This document shows, piece after piece, positions 37,673 to 45,331 of a DNA stretch of 64,000 nt. Source of the stretch: Candidatus Aegiribacteria sp. (GTDB lineage: Bacteria; Fermentibacterota; Fermentibacteria; Fermentibacterales; JCC-6); NCBI GenBank assembly GCA_030594645.1, contig JAUVEU010000001.1:81405-145404 (forward strand), read 5' to 3'. The notes beneath the pieces are model-generated. The model searched no databases. It was not told the origin of the DNA and saw only the letters and a program-made list of their open reading frames with translations. Position 1 is the first letter of the stretch. Every line of letters starts with the position of its first letter. Made by a program: the position numbers and the translations under genes.

Positions 37673-38763
37673 GGTTTTCCCACCACAATTACGCTGTCAC
37701 CATCTGCAACAATGTCATGCCCGAGCACAATTATGCTGTCACCCGGTCGCAGCCCCGACAGTATCTCATACATTCCATTGTTTGAGATTCCGGTTTCTAC
37801 GGTACGAACAGATGCAAATCCGTTACGAACAACAGATATTTCCCATCCATCGTTAATCATTCTCAATACTGATTCTCTAACCACCAGAGTACTGTCTCTT
37901 TCTTCAAGTACTATGGATATTGTTCCCGTCATCCCTGTTCGCAGTATTGCGTCCTGATTGGGAATTCTTACTCCTGCAGATAGAAGCCCTGAAGTCTGAT
38001 CAATCATTGATGCTGTTGAATACACAACACCCTCGAAGACACTATCCGGTAGTATTGTAGGTTGAAAATACGCGGTAAGCCCCGGTTTTATGAACTGAAG
38101 GTGTTCTTCTGATAGAAAGACTTCCGCAGTTACTGATTCTGAATTCGATATGCTTAGAAGTGGACCTGTAGCCATATCACCCTTGCAGGCCCAGATCCTT
38201 ACAATCGATCCGTCAAAAGGCGCAGTTATACATCTATTTTCTTCTTCACTGACTGCTCTCATATATTCCGCCTGCGCAATTTCAACTTCGGCGTCAGCTG
38301 CATCCACTGAAGTTATCGCATCATCCAGCTCCTGTCGTGCTATTCCTCCTTCTTCAAAAATACTCACTGCTCTGTTGTAGTTATTCATGGCAATTTCGTG
38401 GCTTACCTGTGCTGCAATCAGAGCAGCTCCTCTGTTTTGAACAAAGGCTTTATTTACTTCATCTGTTTTAAGAGTTATGAGCAAAGTTCCTTCGCTTACA
38501 GTATCACCTTCTGATACATATATCTCTTCAATTTCAGAATTTGCAATCGCTGTTAATGTCGCGTCTTCCACTCCTTCCAGTCTTGCTGAAGCGTAAACCA
38601 GCCTTCTGATCTGTTCGTTTCTTACAACTTCTATCGTCACTGGAATTGCATTCTTCTCTTCAATTTCATCTTTACCGCAGGCTACTGTAATCAGGATAAG
38701 AAAAGTCAGCATAGAGGAAACAGCCTTACTGAACGATTTTGTTCGTACGTTCGTTCTATTCAT
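37669..38763 (-). CDS. RND efflux periplasmic adaptor (MFP) lipoprotein, copy 1
   Basis: TVAC lipobox, VSEGDTV, ITAPFDG, LRTGM and SGLRPGD. Confidence 0.9.
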   Translation of the reverse strand: MNRTNVRTKSFSKAVSSMLTFLILITVACGKDEIEEKNAIPVTIEVVRNEQIRRLVYASARLEGVEDATLTAIANSEIEEIYVSEGDTVSEGTLLITLKTDEVNKAFVQNRGAALIAAQVSHEIAMNNYNRAVSIFEEGGIARQELDDAITSVDAADAEVEIAQAEYMRAVSEEENRCITAPFDGSIVRIWACKGDMATGPLLSISNSESVTAEVFLSEEHLQFIKPGLTAYFQPTILPDSVFEGVVYSTASMIDQTSGLLSAGVRIPNQDAILRTGMTGTISIVLEERDSTLVVRESVLRMINDGWEISVVRNGFASVRTVETGISNNGMYEILSGLRPGDSIIVLGHDIVADGDSVIVVGKP

Positions 38764-38880
38764 AACGATGTGTTCTGCACAAATCTGTTCATTTGAAGCC
38801 CCCTGTCAGATGAAACTTATTCAGACTGCATCAGGTTTCGAGCTTTATTACGTTGATAAACCACTTCCGGAAGTCACCGC

Positions 38881-39357
38881 TCAGTATCCCATATCCATAG
38901 GCAGCATCAATTCTTCGTCTTCAAGTATGAAACTTGCATCATCAAATCCCGGCGCCCCGGACAATATGCTCCCTCTTACACCGTTTGATATACAGTACCC
39001 CTCCTTAGGCCCGAAGAGATTCATGTTCATTTCTCCATCTTCGTTCTCATCATGAAGTGCCGATACTGCATACTCTCCGAAGGTAAGATCATCGAATACG
39101 AACTGAACGGATTCCCCTTCAATAACCGACATAACTCTCCTGAAGGCTTTTTCCTGATCCCTGGGAAAACCATCCTCCGATGCCCAAAGCTCCACTCTAA
39201 CGTATCCATCACAGTTACGCAGAGCTTCAATCGAAACTACGATAGTTCCTGTCTGTTCCTCCGCACCGGATTCTGGTTCCCCTTCTTCGCCAAGAGCTAT
39301 CACAGGCGCAAGAAGAAGAATCAGTAGCATTCCTTTAATCACAATTCTCACTTTCAA
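38881..39357 (-). CDS. DUF2141 family exported protein
   Basis: Signal peptide, GEYAVSALHDENEDG, PKEGY..SN and PGFDDASF. Confidence 0.85.
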   Translation of the reverse strand: MKVRIVIKGMLLILLLAPVIALGEEGEPESGAEEQTGTIVVSIEALRNCDGYVRVELWASEDGFPRDQEKAFRRVMSVIEGESVQFVFDDLTFGEYAVSALHDENEDGEMNMNLFGPKEGYCISNGVRGSILSGAPGFDDASFILEDEELMLPMDMGY

Positions 39358-39415
39358 AGCATTACTCTTTTCCGTTTGATGTTTATGTATTCACTTGCTG
39401 CAATTCTATGAAGAG

Positions 39416-39465
39416 ATAGTTCGAACGATCGTTCTATACATATTTCATGAATTTGTTCCTGTCAA
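39416..39465 (-). promoter_or_regulatory. Putative promoter and TetR-type operator of the DUF2141/RND operon
   Basis: Perfect palindrome GAACGATCGTTC (39423-39434) downstream of TTGACA (39465-39460); the -10 match is weak. Confidence 0.55.
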
Positions 39466-39556
39466 GATGTATTATCCGATAAAAACTTTTATGACAGGAA
39501 TGTCATTTCGAATCACTTTTACTTGCAGAATTGTCTGAACGCGTTGATATGACCTG

Positions 39557-40204
39557 TTACCGGTCTTTGTCCCATCCGGGAACAAGGCATCCTTCAAGAA
39601 GAATCTTCCAGGCACTGTCTATATATTCCATATCTATTTCAGGAGATTTATCATCTTCACTATTAAAGAAATCAAACCTTTTCTTTGAAAGAAACCAGAA
39701 TTCACAGAAAGCTGCATACATTGTAAGAATAAACCTTGGTTTAACATCGCTCCTGACAATACCAGATTCCTGCAATTTAATAATACCATTAATAAATAGC
39801 TCTGCCTTACTCTCCATTTGATCAGGGCATTCAACATGCATATTTTGTTCAGCATAAATCCATGCGATCATCTGCATATATCCCGGTTTTTTCATAAGAA
39901 TATCAAAGTAGCTGCCGGAACCAATCGCCATTTCGCGTACTTTTTCAATGGTCAAGCTAGAATCAATAATAGAATGCATTTTTTGCATCATCTCGTCTTT
40001 TTGAAAACCATGCAGCAGAGACTCATGCCATAGTTTTTCTTTCGATTTAAAATAGTAGTAAATCAAGCTTATTGTGACGTTTGCCCTGCTTGCTATGGAT
40101 CTTATGGATGTGCCTGAAAACCCGTTCTTTGCGAACAATTCACCTGCTGTTTCCAGGATCGCATTTCGTCTATCGATATTCAATCTACTGCCCTGTTCAG
40201 ACAC
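39557..40204 (-). CDS. TetR/AcrR family transcriptional regulator
   Basis: ILETAGELFAKNGFSGTSIRSIA..IYYYFKSKEKL N-terminal HTH. Confidence 0.92.
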   Translation of the reverse strand: MSEQGSRLNIDRRNAILETAGELFAKNGFSGTSIRSIASRANVTISLIYYYFKSKEKLWHESLLHGFQKDEMMQKMHSIIDSSLTIEKVREMAIGSGSYFDILMKKPGYMQMIAWIYAEQNMHVECPDQMESKAELFINGIIKLQESGIVRSDVKPRFILTMYAAFCEFWFLSKKRFDFFNSEDDKSPEIDMEYIDSAWKILLEGCLVPGWDKDR

Positions 40205-40363
40205 CCGTCACCCCTCTGCTGGTTTGTAGCCGGTATCACAAATATCATAATAATCATATTGTCAGATCGAGCTAATGTCAGGGCAGTGTAAACCCAGGGG
40301 AAGTAGCCGGCATCAAGTCCACAAACTACCTTCCTCAACTCGGGAGAAACAGCAGAGAAAACG

Positions 40364-41380
40364 CTATTGTATCTCCGGTGGTTCTTTATCGGCAAGCTCG
40401 CTGACCTGGGATGTTGTTACGCCCTCACGAATGGCTGCTATCAGCCCGACAAGAATTATCGGTACGAACTGCGTAGTATGGAAGAGTAATGCAAATATTC
40501 TGGTGTCTTCCACTGTTATTCCCACAAGACCAGGCAGTACAAGCACAAGGGCACCATGTACTGTTCCGGTTCCCGCAGGGGTGGGGATAAGCATTCCGAG
40601 GCCGGCCAGAATCAGAACAAGCAGAGGATAATACCAGAGCACTTCGAGGTGCATTGCGCTGAATACCGGCAGAACCGAAAGGGCCAGGGTTCCCCAGACA
40701 CAGAGTGAGTAGAATGCCACCTGAATGATCTCTCTCAAGTTTTTCAATACTTCAAGACCGTGAGAGAAGGAAACAAGCAACCGCTTAATTTTCTCTGAAA
40801 ATGAGTTTAGTCCGACCCATCTGAAAGGGGCGGAGATCGCTGCCGCTGCCTGTTCCTTCCACCTCCGGAGAGAAAGAAGCATCAGGAGAACAACGAAGTA
40901 GAGTAACGCGGCTCCAATCAACCCAAGCCTGATAGCAGTATCAAGTTCCGTCCACAGAACAGCCAGAACGATAAGAGTCATGGTGGCCAGAGTAAGCCCA
41001 TCGAATATCCGTGCAAGCACCACGGTGGCAAATGAGGATACTCTGGGTACTGAAGTCCGCCTTGAAAGGAGAAGTGCTCTGAGGATTTCACCAACTCGTC
41101 CGGGAAGCAGAGCATTAACCATGAAACCTGTAAGAAGAGGCCCTGACGCGTCTTTCATTGAGACCTCTGCCAGTGGAGATAGAAGGAGACGCCATCTTAA
41201 TATTCTGAAGAAATAGCTCAATGCGAGCGGAGGAAGAACTAGAAGCAGTACGGGCCAGGACATCTCCCCGAGAGAAGACATAAGCTGAACCATGTCCATT
41301 TTCCGGTAAGTGAGGAACAGGGCGATTCCTGCTACTATTATTCCCGGGATCAGGTGTTTCCAGATAGCGTGCTTTTTCAA
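40364..41380 (-). CDS. Lysylphosphatidylglycerol-synthase TM / UPF0104 flippase-like membrane protein
   Basis: RILRWRLLL, NALLPGRVGEILR, RIFD and IPTPAGTG motifs. TTG start at 41380. Confidence 0.85.
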   Translation of the reverse strand: MKKHAIWKHLIPGIIVAGIALFLTYRKMDMVQLMSSLGEMSWPVLLLVLPPLALSYFFRILRWRLLLSPLAEVSMKDASGPLLTGFMVNALLPGRVGEILRALLLSRRTSVPRVSSFATVVLARIFDGLTLATMTLIVLAVLWTELDTAIRLGLIGAALLYFVVLLMLLSLRRWKEQAAAAISAPFRWVGLNSFSEKIKRLLVSFSHGLEVLKNLREIIQVAFYSLCVWGTLALSVLPVFSAMHLEVLWYYPLLVLILAGLGMLIPTPAGTGTVHGALVLVLPGLVGITVEDTRIFALLFHTTQFVPIILVGLIAAIREGVTTSQVSELADKEPPEIQ

Positions 41381-41381
41381 A

Positions 41382-41957
41382 TCAGCGATCCGTCCCGGAT
41401 GTACCTGTACATGCCTTTTCAACTGCCGAGCATATGGCATGTCCTGCTATAAGAAGCTCTTCCTGTATGTGACTGGTCTCGGTTGAGGTTGCTTTTACGG
41501 CAACATCGGCTTTTTGCGCGATGGCTCCCCCGTCACTGCCGGTGAACCCTACGATCTTCATGGATTTTCTTCGAGCTTCCACAACAGCTTTAATTACGTT
41601 TCGCGAATGTCCGCTTGTCGATATGGCAATCAGAACGTCTCCGGGTTTTCCCAGTGCCTGAAGCTGCCTGGCAAATATCTCTGAAAAATCGTAATCATTT
41701 GCTATGGCAGTAACAATAGCAGTATTGGCCGTAATCGCTATGGCTGGAATAGCATCCCGTTCAAGCCGGAATCGGCCGATCAATTCACCTGCCAGGTGCT
41801 GAGCATCTACAGCACTCCCGCCGTTCCCACAGAGGAAAATCGTTCCGCCGGAAAGAACAGATTCCACACATATATCGGACGCTTTTTCAATCATCTCACA
41901 GTTAAGCGAAGCAATCGAAGCCTTAGCGGTTTTTATGTATTTCTCTATTTCAGTCAT
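41382..41957 (-). CDS. gmhA: Phosphoheptose isomerase (SIS domain)
   Basis: CGNGGSA.DAQH, ANDY, ISTSG.S.NV and HIQE. Confidence 0.88.
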   Translation of the reverse strand: MTEIEKYIKTAKASIASLNCEMIEKASDICVESVLSGGTIFLCGNGGSAVDAQHLAGELIGRFRLERDAIPAIAITANTAIVTAIANDYDFSEIFARQLQALGKPGDVLIAISTSGHSRNVIKAVVEARRKSMKIVGFTGSDGGAIAQKADVAVKATSTETSHIQEELLIAGHAICSAVEKACTGTSGTDR

Positions 41958-42760
41958 TTACTTATCCTCCATTTTTCAACCGCGTCCCATACTTGTTGTA
42001 ATTCCATACCTCTTGATGTGGCCAGTACTGAATAGGCAGGTCTTGGTGCATCAAGATCAAGCTGTGCCCAGGTTGTTTCCTGAATTGTGCCGTTTACATA
42101 TTCCGCAAGCATAGTGGCGAGTTCGAATGGAGTCACCCCGGGATTGCTGGCAAGATGAAAAAGGCCGAACCTGCCACTGATAATAATCTTCATAACCGCT
42201 TCGGCAAGATCAGGCGCGTAGGTCAGGCAGGCAATCTGATCGGTAACAGCTGTAATCAGAGCATTTTCCGACAGCATTCTCCAGAAATACGGAACCATTC
42301 CCATCGATTCTGAAAACAGCCAGGAAGTTCTTATAACAATATTATCGGCAAACCCGCTAAGAGCTTCGGATTCTCCCTGAAGTTTGCTTTCTCCGTAAAT
42401 GTTGGCAGGTGATGGAGTATCATCCTCAAGAAATGGCTGAACACGGTCATACCTGCCATTGAAGACATGATCGGTTGAGAAGGTCACAAGTTTCCTGCCG
42501 GTGCGGGCAAGATTTCCGACTCCGTCTCTGTGTACTCTATAGGCCAGTTCCGGTCTTCTCTGACAAAGGTCGACATCTGTAACAGCTGAACAGTTTATGA
42601 TCCACTCTGGATCGGTTCTGTCAACTGCTCTCTGAACTGATTCCAGTTCGGTGATATCCACATCAGGAAGATCAACACCTTCCGCTTCATTTTCCAGCAG
42701 ATTCATAAACATGGAGCCCAGCTGCCCATTTGCACCGGTTATCAGAAATTTCTTCTTCAC
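41954..42760 (-). CDS. rfbD: dTDP-4-dehydrorhamnose reductase family SDR
   Basis: TGANGQLG, STDHVF, YGESK and RPAYS. Confidence 0.85.
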   Translation of the reverse strand: MKKKFLITGANGQLGSMFMNLLENEAEGVDLPDVDITELESVQRAVDRTDPEWIINCSAVTDVDLCQRRPELAYRVHRDGVGNLARTGRKLVTFSTDHVFNGRYDRVQPFLEDDTPSPANIYGESKLQGESEALSGFADNIVIRTSWLFSESMGMVPYFWRMLSENALITAVTDQIACLTYAPDLAEAVMKIIISGRFGLFHLASNPGVTPFELATMLAEYVNGTIQETTWAQLDLDAPRPAYSVLATSRGMELQQVWDAVEKWRISK

Positions 42761-42778
42761 TTTTCCTCTTTATTCAAA

Positions 42779-43522
42779 TCATGTCATCAGCGGAAGCTGC
42801 GGTAATTCACAGTTGTTAAGAACTGTTTCAGGCATTTTTCCCGTAAGCAGATTGTAAGCGCCTGGAGCCACTCTGTCTACCTTATGTTTTAGTTCTTCTG
42901 AAAGCAGATTGTCACCGGGGTGATGTGCATCCGAAGAAAGAACGTGAACCATACCGGATTCAATAAGCCTCCAGGCTGTTTCAGCTGTCACTCCTGTTCC
43001 GGAAAGGCTTTTGGCGCAAACCTGAATACCCGCTCCCATCTCTGAAAGCCTGCTTATCCTTTCCGGACGAGTCCGGCACCATGAGTATCTCTCCGGATGG
43101 GCAAGCAGCGGTCTGAATCCCTGTCTTAAAACGGCTCTGATTCTAAATAGCGCAAATATCCATGGCATGTTGAATGAATGTTCAACCAGTACCCATGATG
43201 TTCCCGGAAGGCACAGAACATCAAGAGCATTCGCTGATGGTTTCCACCTGTCAAGCATTACTTCTCTTGCGGCAAGAACAGAGAATTCATCCTCTATTCT
43301 CGATCTGTTGGCAAAGGAAAGAAATTCAAGTATTCTTTTTGATTGAGAACTGAACACTCTTCCGCTGGTCGAAAGACGAAAATGAGGGGTTGCTACTAAA
43401 ACAGCGGGACGGGTCATCTGTTCTTTCATCTGACTGAAAAGTTGAGTGGATTCTTCCCAGGTTGCAGGGCCATCATCAACACCAGGAACAATATGACAGT
43501 GAAGGTCTATTAACTGTTGAAT
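42779..43522 (-). CDS. CpsB/CapC family PHP-type protein tyrosine phosphatase
   Basis: IDLHCHIVPGVDDG, ATPH, AHPERY and SDAH. No in-frame ATG/GTG/TTG near the N-terminus; ATT at 43522 follows AGGAGG by 5 nt. Confidence 0.85.
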   Translation of the reverse strand: MQQLIDLHCHIVPGVDDGPATWEESTQLFSQMKEQMTRPAVLVATPHFRLSTSGRVFSSQSKRILEFLSFANRSRIEDEFSVLAAREVMLDRWKPSANALDVLCLPGTSWVLVEHSFNMPWIFALFRIRAVLRQGFRPLLAHPERYSWCRTRPERISRLSEMGAGIQVCAKSLSGTGVTAETAWRLIESGMVHVLSSDAHHPGDNLLSEELKHKVDRVAPGAYNLLTGKMPETVLNNCELPQLPLMT

Positions 43523-43580
43523 GGATGCCTCCTGACCGGGTAGATGACTGAATACTGTGGAGGGGAATATAGCCACGGCG

Positions 43581-44030
43581 ATGAGTATTGTAATATCTGT
43601 CATTCTTGCTATACTGATTTTAGTTCCCGCAGCGCATGCGAACGAGGAAAGAGCTCTTGAACGCCTGATGGATGTTGTGTCAGGTCTTGAGGAACTTGGG
43701 GATGAGATGATCGGTGAACCTGTTACGGGAAACCTGACCCTCGGAAACACGATCTCCCGCGAATTGGTATTCGCCAGGGAATTTATGTACTTCCTCTACA
43801 TCTGGTCAGATTCATATTTCCATACCATCGAGTTCTGGCTGGAGAATTCTTCAGGTGATGTACACAGCATGGCGTATGGGGGTAATGCAACCCTGGCCGT
43901 TTTCCCGGACACAACGGGAAAATGGACACTCAAAATACTTCTCCATGAAGGAGCATTTTCGGATTCCGCGTCATATGCAGCTGTCATTTTCAGAGCACCG
44001 CGATATATCAAGTACTTTGATTCTGAGTAG
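43581..44030 (+). CDS. Secreted hypothetical protein
   Basis: Signal peptide ending AAHA and a beta-sandwich-like mature part; divergent from the cpsB-like gene. Confidence 0.6.
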   Translation: MSIVISVILAILILVPAAHANEERALERLMDVVSGLEELGDEMIGEPVTGNLTLGNTISRELVFAREFMYFLYIWSDSYFHTIEFWLENSSGDVHSMAYGGNATLAVFPDTTGKWTLKILLHEGAFSDSASYAAVIFRAPRYIKYFDSE

Positions 44031-44652
44031 TTTTCCTGATCAATTGCTCTGATTCCATCTGGGGGAAAATCTTAAGAACAGCGGATGAATCTTTCCGCCC
44101 GTGCAGAATAATGTGACCTGCCGGTTTTCCTGCAGAACCCACCGGTTGAAGTATTTCCGGAGTAATTCCTGCTGACTGACACCCAAGGATCATTCTCGGC
44201 AGAAGAGCGGGTCTGTTGATCATGATGAACACACCCCCTGAAATCAGCAGGTGTGCGGAGGCTCTGATAAAATAGTAGAGGAGCATATCTGAACCTGACC
44301 TTGAAATTCGTCGAGTTTTTTCAGGGCTGCTCCTGCCGGATGTGTTCCGTCCGAATGGAGGATTCATAATTACCGCATCAGCGATTGCACCGGTAAGCAC
44401 ACATGGAACTGCTTCAACATCGCAGCATATGCCTGACAGGTCAAGCTGTTTTCTCCGGAGTTCATCAGAACCGGTCATCATTTGAAGCAATTCTATCTGA
44501 AGTTCAATTCCGATCCATCTGCAATCCGCGTTCAGTGTAGAGGAAGCCAGAATTGCGCCGCCGGTTCCACAACCGAGTTCGATCACGACTGAACCGGGAG
44601 AAACATCAAGAGAACATGCGAGAAGCAGTGTATCCGTTGTCACAGATGTCAT
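44008..44652 (-). CDS. SAM-dependent N6-adenine methyltransferase (tRNA1Val A37/YfiC-like)
   Basis: DTLLLA, ELGCGTG, GIELQ and NPPF motifs. Confidence 0.75.
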   Translation of the reverse strand: MTSVTTDTLLLACSLDVSPGSVVIELGCGTGGAILASSTLNADCRWIGIELQIELLQMMTGSDELRRKQLDLSGICCDVEAVPCVLTGAIADAVIMNPPFGRNTSGRSSPEKTRRISRSGSDMLLYYFIRASAHLLISGGVFIMINRPALLPRMILGCQSAGITPEILQPVGSAGKPAGHIILHGRKDSSAVLKIFPQMESEQLIRKTTQNQST

Positions 44653-44701
44653 TTATTCATGATACGTTCTAATATCGGCGGGATTGGCAACTGATTCGCT
44701 G

Positions 44702-45316
44702 CTACCTGTAAGTAGCCTTTGCTACACCCCATGTGAATTGTCCTTCGGTATAATCTTCCGGCCTGTAATCAAACCATCTTTTTATCGACCATAATCCGTA
44801 ATTGTCCTCAATCATGAGAAATATCACCCGTCCTCTGGCCGGGTTGTCCCATCCGCAATGCTCACTGCCGGCGGCTACAATTTCATAGTCCCGATATATC
44901 TCGGCTGAATCGGATGGAGCCGTAGGATCTTGATGCTCGGCAACAGTGTTCATGATGAAGGACGCCTTGGTGGAATCCGGGAATCCCGAGCCTTCAATCG
45001 CGGCAAAAATATTAAGTACTGTGTTCTGCTCAACTTCATAGTCCCAGTTACTGAAATCCCATGAGCCTCCCCACTCCTCTATATCAGCATCATCCGCCAG
45101 AAACATGTAGGAGGAATCACAGCATGCCATGAACATCGAGATGGATCTGCCTTCAAAGGAATTCGAAAGGTTCAGTATCACTGTGGAAGGGGCATATGGC
45201 TGATACCAGGGAATGTCATCATCGGTTGGATATTCAGGGTCTCTTGGACCGAAAAATGAACATGAGCCGGCAAGAAGCAGGGCTGAAACGCTTGACAGAA
45301 TGAGCAGAGTTTTCAT
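44702..45316 (-). CDS. Hypothetical lipoprotein with C-terminal TWGxxK tail
   Basis: LAGSC lipobox; ends FTWGVAKATYR. Confidence 0.75.
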   Translation of the reverse strand: MKTLLILSSVSALLLAGSCSFFGPRDPEYPTDDDIPWYQPYAPSTVILNLSNSFEGRSISMFMACCDSSYMFLADDADIEEWGGSWDFSNWDYEVEQNTVLNIFAAIEGSGFPDSTKASFIMNTVAEHQDPTAPSDSAEIYRDYEIVAAGSEHCGWDNPARGRVIFLMIEDNYGLWSIKRWFDYRPEDYTEGQFTWGVAKATYR

Positions 45317-45331
45317 TTGTTCACCTTCAGT

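Noticed and set aside
40214..40357. SRP, 6S RNA or known riboswitch
   Set aside because: Lacks the SRP GGAA-loop motif and recognisable riboswitch consensus; pairing is too discontinuous for 6S.
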